Assembly (NCBI GenBank): GCA_964582615.1 | Contig: CAZORP010000005.1 | Span: 11,994-75,993, forward strand | DNA: 64,000 bases | Direction of reading: 5' to 3' | From: an uncultured Gammaproteobacteria bacterium | GTDB lineage: Bacteria; Patescibacteriota; Patescibacteriia; UBA9934 | Shown: positions 1 through 10,060 of the stretch, piece after piece | Position numbering within the stretch: position 1 is the first letter of the stretch | Layout: each line of letters begins with the position of its first letter | Notes under the pieces: model-generated | Seen by the model: the letters and a program-made list of their open reading frames with translations, nothing else | What the model was told of the DNA's origin: nothing | The model's database searches: none | Made by a program: the position numbers and the translations under genes

Positions 1-424
1 GCTTATTAAGCGCATGCAAGAAGATATCGATCCCAATGGAACGGTTATTTCTTGGTACAAATCGTACGAAAGTCAACGCAATGAAAAGCTCGCAGAACTC
101 CACCCGGAATATGCACCGTTTCTTGAGATGCTCAATGAGCGCATGTTCGACCTCATGACGATCTTTTCAACAAATCAGTATGTCGATCCGGCATTTAAAG
201 GAAGTGCGAGTATCAAGAAGGTGCTTCCGGTTCTTGTGCCGAATTTGAGCTATCAAGACATGAACATTAGCAAAGGCGATCAGGCAAGTGAGCGATGGGA
301 AAAGCTCATCTCCCCCACTACCTCCCCCGAAGATAAAGAAAAAATCCGCAAAGACTTACTTGATTATTGCAAACTTGATACGTGGGCAATGGTGGAGATT
401 TATCGGTATTTGAAAAATGTTTAG
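1..424 (+). CDS. C-terminal fragment of a DUF2779-like / DEDDy-exonuclease-like protein; the gene continues upstream of the window
   Basis: Frame is open from nt 2. Motifs GSASIKKVLPVLVP and C-terminal YCKLDTWAMVEI (Y-x3-D) recalled from the DUF2779 family. Confidence 0.45.
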   Translation, partial: LIKRMQEDIDPNGTVISWYKSYESQRNEKLAELHPEYAPFLEMLNERMFDLMTIFSTNQYVDPAFKGSASIKKVLPVLVPNLSYQDMNISKGDQASERWEKLISPTTSPEDKEKIRKDLLDYCKLDTWAMVEIYRYLKNV

Positions 425-475
425 GCGTACATATTTCCAAGCCACACTTAAACCTCCTAGCCCGAGCATGAGAGT

Positions 476-1642
476 TCACGCATTAAATCGTCTATTTGAA
501 AGAATGAGAACTCCACCGATTAACTGAATAGCAGCGATACCTAAAAAGGCATGTGTAAGAGAGAAATTATCCGCAATAGCACCAAGTAAAATTGAAAATA
601 GCACGCCGCCAACACTTACAAACATAGCACTTGTAGAAAGGGTCGTCGCCCTCAGTTTCGTTGAAGATCTTTCATTGAGGTAGTCAGATTTATAGGCTCG
701 ATACAAGCTTTCAACAAAAGAGTAGACCGCAATTCCTGCAATCACGAAAAATATCGATGAAAGAGAAGCTACGAGAAAACAAGCTGTACCCAACAAGCTC
801 ATAAAAAATATTCGATAGACGCTTGTTTTGTGATTTTGTTTTGTCACAACGTAGCCGCCCAATATCGAGAAGAGCTTAATAACTGCAAAAAGTATTCCAA
901 ATAATGCAACTGCAATTCCTCCTTCCTCCATCTTTGGCTGCCATAAAAATCTTCCCGTTTCAGAAAGAAAGGAAAATGCTACCATTGCCACTAAAAGTTC
1001 ATTATTCGTTTTTACAAAGCTCCAAGCCCTCCGTAAGAAGTTTGTTGGAGATTCTTCAAATGATTCAATGATATTTTCATGTCTCTCATCATGAACCAAC
1101 GGCTCCTTCAAGAAAAACAGACTGTAGACCGCCGTAAGGAGCAGAAGAACAGATGCAATAATAAATACAGATGCCATACCACCAAAGAAAATAATAGTGC
1201 TTGATGCAAGCATGCCTATTAGTGTCGCGGACTCATCAATGATGCTAATTTTTCCGTAGGTTTTTTTGTACTCTGCTTCCTGACGTCGTTCCTTCAAAGT
1301 GTCGTAAACGAATGCATCGTCGGCGCCCGAGAGCAGTGAAAATCCAACACCCTCGACAACGGCCGCTAAAATAAACAAATTAATTCCATGTGCTACCGCA
1401 AAAATACCCGTTGAAATTGCGAGTACAAAGCTCGACAATACAATGCTACTTTTTCTTCCAAATCTATCAGATACATATCCCGTTGGTACTTCCGAGACAA
1501 AAGAAACAGCGAGTAGGATGGCGTTTACAGATGCGATTTCCGTTAAAGAAAGTCCACGACTTACCATGAAGACGGTTGAAATTGGAATGGTAAACCCAAA
1601 GGCGAGATGCTGGAGAAGTATTCTGACAAAATAAGCTTTCAT
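476..1642 (-). CDS. MFS transporter
   Basis: 388 aa with multiple TM helices; motif DRFGRK after TM2 is typical of the major facilitator superfamily. Confidence 0.8.
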   Translation of the reverse strand: MKAYFVRILLQHLAFGFTIPISTVFMVSRGLSLTEIASVNAILLAVSFVSEVPTGYVSDRFGRKSSIVLSSFVLAISTGIFAVAHGINLFILAAVVEGVGFSLLSGADDAFVYDTLKERRQEAEYKKTYGKISIIDESATLIGMLASSTIIFFGGMASVFIIASVLLLLTAVYSLFFLKEPLVHDERHENIIESFEESPTNFLRRAWSFVKTNNELLVAMVAFSFLSETGRFLWQPKMEEGGIAVALFGILFAVIKLFSILGGYVVTKQNHKTSVYRIFFMSLLGTACFLVASLSSIFFVIAGIAVYSFVESLYRAYKSDYLNERSSTKLRATTLSTSAMFVSVGGVLFSILLGAIADNFSLTHAFLGIAAIQLIGGVLILSNRRFNA

Positions 1643-1796
1643 AATGGCGAAATGTTATCATAAAATAACTATATCGACCTTAAAGGCAATCGAGAGAGCG
1701 TCCATTACAAATCAATACCCTAAGGACATTCAACAATCAAAGCTACCGGTATTCAGTCTAGCAATAGGTCGAATTTTGTTTTATGCTAGAAATATT

Positions 1797-2198
1797 ATGC
1801 GTTCTGAAGAAGAGATAAAACATGAGATTCTTGAGATACACGTACTTTTTCAAGAATGGTACCAAGGATCGCTTCCAGATTCGGATCTGGATTCTAAGAT
1901 TGGTATTCGTCTCGCTGAAGATTTTCAGATCACGTTTCCCGACGGTACGGTGCATGCTAAGAATGATCTCCTAAAAATGATGCGCCCAGATCGAGGTAAC
2001 GACCCTCAGTACAGGATTGTGATTGGCTATATTCAGATGAAAAGCTCCTCAGCGGACACGTATCACGTTGCCTATATTGAATCTCAACACTGGTACGGGG
2101 CCGAGAAGCCAAATCTAATCATTGAAACGTCGTCTATTCTCAGAGATTCACCAAATGGATTGCTTTGGGCATCTATCCATGAAACGAAAGTTGACTAA
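1797..2198 (+). CDS. NTF2-like (SnoaL/DUF4440-like) small protein; the ORF could start as early as 1644
   Basis: Pattern EEEIKHEILEIHVLFQEWYQG...DFQITFPDGTVHAKNDLL resembles SnoaL-like domains. An ATG at 1797 leaves room for divergent promoters with the MFS gene. Confidence 0.4.
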   Translation: MRSEEEIKHEILEIHVLFQEWYQGSLPDSDLDSKIGIRLAEDFQITFPDGTVHAKNDLLKMMRPDRGNDPQYRIVIGYIQMKSSSADTYHVAYIESQHWYGAEKPNLIIETSSILRDSPNGLLWASIHETKVD

Positions 2199-2528
2199 GG
2201 TGCACGGAGAACTGTAACCAGTCATCTCGTCTCACCGTTCTGAACTCGTCCAACGTGTGGAGCCATGAGAAGGCGTGTGAGGTAACCCACATGCCTTGTC
2301 AAAAAGTCGTCATTGAAAAATGGCGATTTTTTTGTTTAATCCTCGAGCGGAAAGCGACTCTTGGTAACCTACTCAACAATCGAAGCACCCGAGACGCAAA
2401 ATCGTCGAATTTTTCTCAAACAGCCGAAAGTTAGTTTTTGCCTTATTTTTTTCGGTTCGATCCTCAGACAGGGTTTCGAAATTCCGAGACTTCGAGAATT
2501 CATCAAAAGTTGCTATGATTCAAGTACC

Positions 2529-2828
2529 ATGAGCGATGGTGCAAAACCTAATATCATTCTCACTTCAAGCTTTAATTCCGTCACCCAAGAGCTTTGGGAA
2601 AAATCCCTCTTACCAAAAACGGCATCGGTTGCTTTTATTCCAACGGCTGGTGATCCGTATCCGGAACGGCCCTGGATCGACGCGGATCGAAAAGCTCTTG
2701 TTGGGCTAGGCTATAACGTCACAGACATCGGTCTCAAGGGCGTGACAATCGAAAAGAATCTGCTTAGAACCCCAGCCTCCATCCGAATCTTCGGGTGGAT
2801 ACTATCAATAAACACATTTCGTTCCTAA
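2529..2828 (+). pseudogene. Peptidase E (S51)-like N-terminal remnant, truncated after ~100 codons
   Basis: NIILTSSF...VAFIPTAGDPYPERPWIDADRKALVGLGYNV matches the peptidase E N-terminus. The reading frame then degenerates (IFGWILSINTF where IFVGGGNTF is expected) and stops. It directly abuts the nucleotidyltransferase cassette. Confidence 0.4.
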
Positions 2829-2854
2829 GATAACGATGCGTTCCTAAGAATTCT

Positions 2855-3502
2855 ATGAACCTAGAAGAAAATATTCTCCAGCACTTACTCGAGAAATACA
2901 ATCCATGGTTTATTTTTCTCCACGGATCACGAGCTGTTCATAAAAATCGCCAAGATAGTGATTGGGATATCTACGTCTTCACAAAAGACACCACAAAAAC
3001 AGGCAGTGCCACCGAAGTATTTGAGGGTTACGAACTTGATGTAAGCTTGCAAGTTTTTCCGTTTGAAATTACTAAAGAGACTCTTGTTGCTACATTTGGA
3101 CCAACATTACAAACCGCGGAGATTCTTTTTGACAAAAACGGTGACGGTAAAGATTTTCTCAATAAAGCCCAATTACTTTACGCAGAGGGTAGAAAACTTT
3201 CAGACCGCGAGATTGAGGATCGCAAGAGACGTTTCGCTAGAGTTCTGCTGAGATTAAAGGGGAGCATTCATGATGACTATGAATTCTTCTATCATATGAC
3301 AAGTTTTTATCCGTCCATTATTAGATGGTGGTTTGAACTTAGAGGTGAGTGGTCAAAGCCGATTTACCTTGCAATGAGAGAAATAATGAGTAGAGATGAG
3401 GAATACTATAATCATCTAAGCGCCATCGTAAGGTACGGCGACAACCATAACAAAGTAGTCGCACTTGAAAAAATTTACAAAAAACTCTTCAGCACTCACT
3501 GA
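2855..3502 (+). CDS. Minimal nucleotidyltransferase (Pol-beta superfamily, MNT/ANT-like) with a C-terminal helical domain
   Basis: hG[GS]...DxD signature HGSRAVHKNRQDSDWDIYVF; 215 aa. Confidence 0.75.
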   Translation: MNLEENILQHLLEKYNPWFIFLHGSRAVHKNRQDSDWDIYVFTKDTTKTGSATEVFEGYELDVSLQVFPFEITKETLVATFGPTLQTAEILFDKNGDGKDFLNKAQLLYAEGRKLSDREIEDRKRRFARVLLRLKGSIHDDYEFFYHMTSFYPSIIRWWFELRGEWSKPIYLAMREIMSRDEEYYNHLSAIVRYGDNHNKVVALEKIYKKLFSTH

Positions 3503-3567
3503 TTCTTGCTAGAACTCCCCGCTTAGTCCTCCAGCTATAGAGCTAGACTTATATCACGTAATTACGT

Positions 3568-4299
3568 ATGTCGGAACAAAAAAAGGATCGCTGGTGGATC
3601 GGTGCCCGAAGTCTTCACGATAATGTACGAAAGGTCGGTCTACACTACGAGGATATCGCTGGCAAGGAAAAATATGAATATTTTTTAGAAAACCAACAAT
3701 TTACTCTTACACCCTTTCCACGATCGTCCGCTCCTGCAAATACCGATTCTCTACTTACACCCAACTGGAAGTTGCTTGAATCTCGCTACACCGCCACGCT
3801 TTCCTCCTATTTACACCCCGCCGCGTCGGAGAAGGTAGATTTTATTAAAGGCCCCAACGAGGCGTATAAGCTACACCTCAACATTCCTATCGATCACGTG
3901 CGCGAAGCTTCGAATTATTTAAAGAAAGAGAATTACTACCACAAGTATCTATCAGGTGGAGATGATCCTGGATCAATTTTTACGCTTTACATCGGATCGC
4001 ATCATCTAGCATTTAGTCTTGCGGAAAAACTCAGCACGGAACTTGCAGATTTTCTTGCAAAACCCGAAAGAGCAGATGAGATAGAGTTTGCAGCTAATGT
4101 CGTAGGAAGATTTAGTACAGCAAAAGATGGTCGATATACCAAATACGGTGGCGGCCTTCGGGGAATGTCGTGCCTTACGGAATTTAATTGGTCCTTCTGG
4201 ATTACCAATGCCAGCGATCGGAAGGAATATCTTCAAAAAGCCTTCAAGGCGACCTACGCAAGTCTGGCAAAAGACTACGGTTCGTACTTCCATGGATAA
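3568..4299 (+). CDS. Hypothetical protein (243 aa) between the NTase and the HEPN-like gene
   Basis: Long ORF on the same strand with ATG start and compact spacing; no recognisable domain. Confidence 0.5.
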   Translation: MSEQKKDRWWIGARSLHDNVRKVGLHYEDIAGKEKYEYFLENQQFTLTPFPRSSAPANTDSLLTPNWKLLESRYTATLSSYLHPAASEKVDFIKGPNEAYKLHLNIPIDHVREASNYLKKENYYHKYLSGGDDPGSIFTLYIGSHHLAFSLAEKLSTELADFLAKPERADEIEFAANVVGRFSTAKDGRYTKYGGGLRGMSCLTEFNWSFWITNASDRKEYLQKAFKATYASLAKDYGSYFHG

Positions 4300-4470
4300 T
4301 GAGCACTTAGCATCAGAAAATCTCACAGCATCGCTTGAGAGCATAAAAGCTCACAGCAACATCGTTACCGGAAAAGTATTTCCTTCCCGTTGTTCACAAT
4401 TCCACTTCCGTGAACCTTAGAAATCGAAGGGGTGGTCTAAGGATATATTTGATTACTATAAACTTGCTAC

Positions 4471-4980
4471 GTGGACCGTGATAAAAATTTATCGACACCT
4501 TTGAGCGTTATGAGTACAAAAATCATCGATCTTGAGTATCCTTGGAAATATAACGATGGCCGTAATTGGCCTTACAACGGCATGGTAAATGATCTTTGGC
4601 GAGGAATTCAGGCCGATCAAAACTACCTCGTAGCTCTCGGTCTTTTTGCTTATTCAGAAATGCTTGGCCGTGAACTTCGAGGAACTGTGGGGAACCGAAA
4701 TATAGGTAAAGGTTTTGAAGCCTATAAAGAATTCACGGAAAACTTTGTCGGTTATGCATTTGAGGAATCTTTATTAAAAGATATTTTCGATAGGTATCGA
4801 AATGGGCTTGCTCATGAATATTTCATAAAATCCCAAAACGGAATGAGCGCTATTATTTATAATGATGATGGAAACAGGTCCTGTGGCATTGTTCTCAGCA
4901 AAGGAACGGCCGAGCTCTATATCCATACCTATTTCAAACACTTCGTCGCTGGACTCGAAAAAATGCTCAACAAATACTAG
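4471..4980 (+). CDS. Hypothetical protein with an Rx4HxY (HepT/HEPN-like) motif; GTG start at 4471 or ATG at 4510
   Basis: Motif RNGLAHEY (R-x4-H-x-Y) near the C-terminal third. It follows the NTase gene on the same strand. Confidence 0.5.
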   Translation: MDRDKNLSTPLSVMSTKIIDLEYPWKYNDGRNWPYNGMVNDLWRGIQADQNYLVALGLFAYSEMLGRELRGTVGNRNIGKGFEAYKEFTENFVGYAFEESLLKDIFDRYRNGLAHEYFIKSQNGMSAIIYNDDGNRSCGIVLSKGTAELYIHTYFKHFVAGLEKMLNKY

Positions 4981-5056
4981 TCACGAGAAGGATATCCCGC
5001 TACGCTCATCAACAAAATAACCGCACAACCTCTCATTCATCTACATATTTCACGCT

Positions 5057-5488
5057 ATGCCAACCATCAATCCCTGGATTAACTTCAACGGCAATGCCGA
5101 AGAAGCTTTTACGTTTTATCAATCAATCTTCGGAGGAGAATTCAAAAAGATCATACGTTTTAAAGATCTTGCAAGTGAAGACTTCCCTATTCCTCAAGAA
5201 GAATCAGAAAAAGTCATGCTTATCGCTCTATCTGTTGGCGAGCACCATACGCTCATGGGAAATGACGTGCCCTCTTTCATGGGAACCGTTAGCGAGCAAG
5301 AGCACCGAAGCAAGATCGCTCTTAGCGCAGACTCTAAGGAGGAAGCTGACGCAATCTTTCAAGGTCTTTCCGTGGGAGGTCACATAGAAGGCGCTATGAG
5401 CGAAGGTCCTTGGGGTTCTTACGCGGGAATGTTACGCGATAAATTTGGTATTGAGTGGATTATTGAATACTACCCCACTACACCGTAA
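5057..5488 (+). CDS. VOC/glyoxalase-family protein (PhnB-like)
   Basis: N-terminal INFNGNAEEAFTFYQSIFGG and 143 aa length are typical of the PhnB/VOC family. A hairpin terminator lies at 5511-5548. Confidence 0.75.
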   Translation: MPTINPWINFNGNAEEAFTFYQSIFGGEFKKIIRFKDLASEDFPIPQEESEKVMLIALSVGEHHTLMGNDVPSFMGTVSEQEHRSKIALSADSKEEADAIFQGLSVGGHIEGAMSEGPWGSYAGMLRDKFGIEWIIEYYPTTP

Positions 5489-5609
5489 TTTTCTACACAA
5501 AACCCTATACAAAAATAGCTATCCATCAAGGATAGTTGTTTTTTTACTGAACTTAAGAAAATCCTAAAACACTACCTCCCTCTGGGCATTTGCCGAGAAT
5601 ATTGCTACG

Positions 5610-5948
5610 ATGACCGGTATGTCGCATCAAGAACCGCGCAAAGAAAGCTATACCTTTACCGCCTCGCTATGGAAATACCAAGGACACGCTTCGTGGTATT
5701 TTTTTACCGTTTCCCAAGAGGTCTCACAGCGCATTCGAGAACACCATCATCAACACGCCCGAGGCTGGGGATCTCTCCCTGTTGCCGTATCTCTTGGAAC
5801 TAGCTCATGGGAAACATCGCTTTTTCCCGAAGGAAAAAGCAAGTGCTATCTCCTCCCCGTAAAAGCGGCAATTCGCAAAGCGGAAAACCTCAGCGTTCAA
5901 GAGCCTCGCAATATAACACTTCACGTTCTTCATACACCCTCGCGCTAA
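5610..5948 (+). CDS. DUF1905-like small protein
   Basis: ~110 aa; the WKYQGHASWYFFTVSQEV pattern resembles DUF1905. Confidence 0.35.
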   Translation: MTGMSHQEPRKESYTFTASLWKYQGHASWYFFTVSQEVSQRIREHHHQHARGWGSLPVAVSLGTSSWETSLFPEGKSKCYLLPVKAAIRKAENLSVQEPRNITLHVLHTPSR

Positions 5949-5975
5949 GTACACCTTCACCCTCAATCACAATCT

Positions 5976-7691
5976 ATGTCCTCCTCCGCCAAACAAACCA
6001 AACCCTCACTCATAGCACTTCTCAAGCCCTACCGACCCCTCATCGCAGGACTACTCCTCCTCACACTTGGTATCAACGCACTCACCCTTATACTCCCCCG
6101 CCTTATCTCGCAAGCTATTGATAGCTTTACACAAACGAACCATTCCCTCACCCCACTTCTCATAACCTTCGCGGGAATTTCTTTCGTTATTTTTCTTCTC
6201 ACCGTAGCACAGGGCATTCTTCAGGTTGTAGCATCTGAGCGAGTAGGTCGAGATCTTCGCCTTCAGCTTATGGAAAAACTCTCGGAAGAGTCTTTTTCAT
6301 TCATTCAGGAAAAAACTCCCGCAGTACTCCTCACCCACCTCACTTCAGACATCGACGCATTAAAAACTTTTGTCGCGCAAGCAATTTCTTCACTTATTGC
6401 CGCGGGAATACTTATCATCGGATCAGCAACACTCTTACTTGTAAGCAATGTTGCTCTCGGACTTTCCGTACTTGCCGTCTTCCCTCTCATCGCTTTTCTC
6501 TTCTTTCGAGCACTTAAAAAAGTTCGCGCGCTCTTTAAAGAAGGTCAAGAAACCATCGATCTCCTCAATCGCGTCATTCAGGAAAATATTTCCGGATCTA
6601 GCCTCATTCGCGTACTCAATCTTCAACGCCATGAAGAAGAAAAATTTTCACAGGTAAATGAGACCGCAAAGGGTATTGGTTTGCGTATTTTAGGGCTTTT
6701 TGCGGGACTCATTCCCACTATAACATTCATGGTCAGCCTTACAACGCTCATCATTCTTGTGCTTGGCGGCTATCTCGTCCAGCAAGGAACTATGACCCTT
6801 GGGGAAATTACCGCATTCATGAGCTACGTTGGTATTATGGTATTTCCCATCTTCATGATTGGATTTACTACGGGAGTCATCGCTCGCGCAACAGCATCTT
6901 ACGAGCGCATCATCACGCTTCTTGAACGGCCAGTGCCAAAAGAGGAAGGGACCATTTCATCTGCGCCTCGCGGAAATTTTTCTCTCAAGAACATCACCCT
7001 CGCGCGAAATGAAAAAACTATTCTTCGGGACATTTCCTTCACCATACAGGCCGGTAAAAAAACCGCAATCTTAGGCCCAACTGCCGCAGGGAAAACCCAT
7101 CTTCTCTATCTTCTCTCGGGACTTCTCACGCCAACATCGGGAAGCCTCACGTTAGACGATCGAGGTCTTCATGAATATCGCCAGGATGTACTTCATCAAT
7201 ATCTTGGTTTTGTCTTCCAAGACAGTATCATCTTTCAAGCGACACTTCGGGAAAACATCGCTTTTGGAAAAAATGTCAGCGAAGAAAATCTCATGAAGGC
7301 GATTCATGCGGCGGAACTTTCTGATTTTATCGCGTCTCTACCCGAGGGACTTGCCACACGTATTGCAGAAAAAGGATCCGGGCTTTCTGGAGGACAAAAG
7401 CAACGCATTATGCTTGCTCGAGCACTGGCAAATAATCCCAGCATTCTTCTTCTTGATGATTTTACCGCTCGTGTTGATGTTCCTACTGAGCAAAAAATTC
7501 TTGAGAATATTCGCGAACTCTATCCCCACATCACCCTTATTTCTGTTACGCAAAAAATTTCAACCATCGAGCAGTTTGACGACGTTATTCTTCTTATGGA
7601 GGGAGAGCTTATTGCTCAAGGAACCCACAAGGAACTCTCTGCAACATCATCCGAATACCTCCAAATTCTCCAATCTCAAGAAAGCATGTAA
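5976..7691 (+). CDS. ABC exporter permease/ATPase subunit carrying the degenerate nucleotide-binding site
   Basis: N-terminal 6-TM domain. Walker A GPTAAGKT; canonical signature LSGGQKQR; Walker B ILLLDD with D replacing the catalytic E; H-loop His replaced by Q (VTQKIS). Confidence 0.9.
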   Translation: MSSSAKQTKPSLIALLKPYRPLIAGLLLLTLGINALTLILPRLISQAIDSFTQTNHSLTPLLITFAGISFVIFLLTVAQGILQVVASERVGRDLRLQLMEKLSEESFSFIQEKTPAVLLTHLTSDIDALKTFVAQAISSLIAAGILIIGSATLLLVSNVALGLSVLAVFPLIAFLFFRALKKVRALFKEGQETIDLLNRVIQENISGSSLIRVLNLQRHEEEKFSQVNETAKGIGLRILGLFAGLIPTITFMVSLTTLIILVLGGYLVQQGTMTLGEITAFMSYVGIMVFPIFMIGFTTGVIARATASYERIITLLERPVPKEEGTISSAPRGNFSLKNITLARNEKTILRDISFTIQAGKKTAILGPTAAGKTHLLYLLSGLLTPTSGSLTLDDRGLHEYRQDVLHQYLGFVFQDSIIFQATLRENIAFGKNVSEENLMKAIHAAELSDFIASLPEGLATRIAEKGSGLSGGQKQRIMLARALANNPSILLLDDFTARVDVPTEQKILENIRELYPHITLISVTQKISTIEQFDDVILLMEGELIAQGTHKELSATSSEYLQILQSQESM

Positions 7692-7694
7692 CCT

Positions 7695-9446
7695 ATGACT
7701 CCTCTCCAAGAAAACACCAAGGTTCAACAAAAGACCATGAGCTCTCTGAGAAAATTCCTACCCTTTCTTTCTCAAGAACGAGGAAATCTTCTCTCTTCAA
7801 GTATAGCCATCGTCCTCGCTTCGGGACTCAATCTTCTCGCGCCAATACTTATTGCGCACACTATAGATACAACCTTTGGAACTGGAAATTTCTCCTCAAT
7901 TCTTTTCATGGGTTTTTGGATTTTCCTAGTGTATCTTGGAGCATTTTTTGCAAGCTATATACAAACCATGATCATGGGTGGCGTTGCACAGCGCATTCTC
8001 TTTCGCTTGCGAGAACGCATTTTTAACCACCTTCAGGAGCTTCCTCTTGCGTTTTTTCACGAACAGAAAACGGGAGATATCATCTCACGCATTAACGCAG
8101 ATACCGACAAGCTCAATCAGTTCTTCTCGCAAGGCATCATGCAGTTTGTAGGTAATGCCTTCATGATTCTTGGATCTGCACTTTTCATGCTTGGCCTACA
8201 ACGTCAACTTGGAGGGGCTGCACTTCTTCCCGCGGCCGGCATCATGGTGATAACACTTTTCATGGGAAGCATCACCCGCAAGAAAAATAAGGAAAATCTT
8301 GCATCGATAGGAAGTCTCAGCGGAACCATTCAAGAACAATTTGCAAACTTCAGCGTCATCGCAGTCTTTCACCGAAGAGACTATCTCCGCGAAACCTTCA
8401 AGCGCGCAACGCAAGCTACCTACAAGTCCGCCATTTCCGCAGGCATGGTAACAACCTTCATGACACCGCTTTATACCCTTGCGGGAAATCTTGCCATGCT
8501 CATTATTCTTAGCTATGGAACCTTACTCATTGCACGAGGAAATTTAACGCTTGGTATTCTTGTAAGTTTTCTCACCTATGCCAATCGCTTCTACGATCCT
8601 CTCAAACAGATCGCTGCAACGTGGTCATCCTTTCAACTTGCACTTGCCGCATGGGATCGCATTCGTGACATTCTTGAATATACAGCGCCATCACCAAAGA
8701 CTCTTCATGCGTCACCTCGTGCACCCGAAGAATTACTAGTATTCTCAGATGTCTCCTTTGGATATACGCCGGAAAAAGAAGTTCTTCATCACGTAAATAT
8801 CACGCTTGAATCCGGAAAAACCTATGCGCTTGTTGGACCAACTGGAGGAGGAAAAACTACCCTAGCGTCACTCATGGCGAAGCTTTTTGAGCCAACACAG
8901 GGATCCGTGCTCTTTTTAGGAAAAGATCTTCGTGAATACACCGACAACGAACGGGCACATCGCATTGGATTCATCTTGCAAGAACCTTTTCTTTTCACGG
9001 GAACCGTTCATGAAAACCTCATCTACGGAAATGAAGAGCTTCACAATATTTCAGAGCAAGATCTTGAACACATCCTCGAGGAACAACATCTCAAAGATCT
9101 TCTTCGCCGATTCAGCGAAGGGCTTTCAACACGAGTGACCTCAGAAGGATCATCGCTAAGTCTTGGACAGCGCCAGCTCCTTGCCTTCATGCGTGCCGTA
9201 TTGCGCAAACCCGACCTGCTCATTCTTGATGAAGCAACCGCAAATATCGACACTGTCACCGAACAACTCCTTCAAGAAACCCTCGAAAAACTTCCAAAAA
9301 CTACCACAAAGGTCATCATCGCACACCGTCTTCATACGATAAAAAATGCTGATGAAATCTTTTTCATTAACCAAGGATCCGTGGTACAGGCAGGATCATT
9401 TGACCACGCTGTAGACCTTCTCATGCATGGAAAACGAACGAGTTAA
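7695..9446 (+). CDS. ABC exporter permease/ATPase subunit carrying the consensus nucleotide-binding site
   Basis: Walker A GPTGGGKT; Walker B LLILDEAT; H-loop AHRLHTI; signature degenerate LSLGQRQ. Lies 4 bp after the partner gene. Confidence 0.9.
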   Translation: MTPLQENTKVQQKTMSSLRKFLPFLSQERGNLLSSSIAIVLASGLNLLAPILIAHTIDTTFGTGNFSSILFMGFWIFLVYLGAFFASYIQTMIMGGVAQRILFRLRERIFNHLQELPLAFFHEQKTGDIISRINADTDKLNQFFSQGIMQFVGNAFMILGSALFMLGLQRQLGGAALLPAAGIMVITLFMGSITRKKNKENLASIGSLSGTIQEQFANFSVIAVFHRRDYLRETFKRATQATYKSAISAGMVTTFMTPLYTLAGNLAMLIILSYGTLLIARGNLTLGILVSFLTYANRFYDPLKQIAATWSSFQLALAAWDRIRDILEYTAPSPKTLHASPRAPEELLVFSDVSFGYTPEKEVLHHVNITLESGKTYALVGPTGGGKTTLASLMAKLFEPTQGSVLFLGKDLREYTDNERAHRIGFILQEPFLFTGTVHENLIYGNEELHNISEQDLEHILEEQHLKDLLRRFSEGLSTRVTSEGSSLSLGQRQLLAFMRAVLRKPDLLILDEATANIDTVTEQLLQETLEKLPKTTTKVIIAHRLHTIKNADEIFFINQGSVVQAGSFDHAVDLLMHGKRTS

Positions 9447-9516
9447 TAACCATCGAAAAGTTCCATCTTTTATTCATCTGCTACACTTTCTGAAAAAAAC
9501 TCTGAGATTCTTTTTT

Positions 9517-10044
9517 ATGCGCCACATTTCACTTAAAGATTTTCAAGATATCCTCAAAGAACACGGAAACGATGCAGATATTCTTTTTCTCAACGTTTGC
9601 ACACGAGAAGAATTTGCAACGCAACATATTGCAGGAGTAAAAAACATTCCCCTCGACGAACTCTCTCAACATCAAGAAGCCTTCAAAGATAAAAAGGCTC
9701 TCTACATTCATTGTCGATCGGGAAAACGTAGCGATGCCGCGTGTGTAACATTGGAGAATTTGGGATTTACCGGAGAGCTCTTTTCACTCGAAGGAGGCCT
9801 TCTCGCGTGGACATCAGCAGGACTTCCCATTCATCGCCTGAACAACGCTCTTCCCTTGCGGCAACAAATCTTTTTATGCGCCGGGATACTCATTCTTCTT
9901 GGCGTATTCTGCACCGTATTCTTTGGAAATATTTTTCTCATCATACCCTGTATCGTGGGTATTGGCATGACGATATCAGGCACAACCGGATGGTGCGGCA
10001 TGGAACTTCTTCTTAAAAAAATGCCTTGGAATCGGGGCAAGTAA
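9517..10044 (+). CDS. Rhodanese-domain protein fused to a C-terminal two-TM DUF2892/YgaP-like segment
   Basis: Active-site Cys in YIHCRSGKRSD; C-terminal hydrophobic helices with a GW motif. ATG at 9517 (the track ORF starts earlier, overlapping the ABC gene). Confidence 0.7.
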   Translation: MRHISLKDFQDILKEHGNDADILFLNVCTREEFATQHIAGVKNIPLDELSQHQEAFKDKKALYIHCRSGKRSDAACVTLENLGFTGELFSLEGGLLAWTSAGLPIHRLNNALPLRQQIFLCAGILILLGVFCTVFFGNIFLIIPCIVGIGMTISGTTGWCGMELLLKKMPWNRGK

Positions 10045-10060
10045 CCATCACGCTGGGCAT

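Noticed and set aside
2270-2297. 10-bp-stem hairpin (AAGGCGTGTG-aggtaacc-CACATGCCTT) in the 330-bp spacer upstream of the peptidase E remnant
   Set aside because: Isolated, no U-tract and no recognisable riboswitch consensus; could be a terminator remnant. Too weak to call.
2809-2850. Short direct repeat CGTTCCTAAGA twice, 8 bp apart, at the junction between the peptidase E remnant and the NTase gene; considered as a target-site duplication
   Set aside because: The copies are adjacent rather than flanking an insert, so this is not a TSD.
5807-6121. 104-aa S/P/T-rich ORF overlapping the start of the first ABC transporter gene
   Set aside because: Alternative frame of a region with a clear ABC TMD reading frame.
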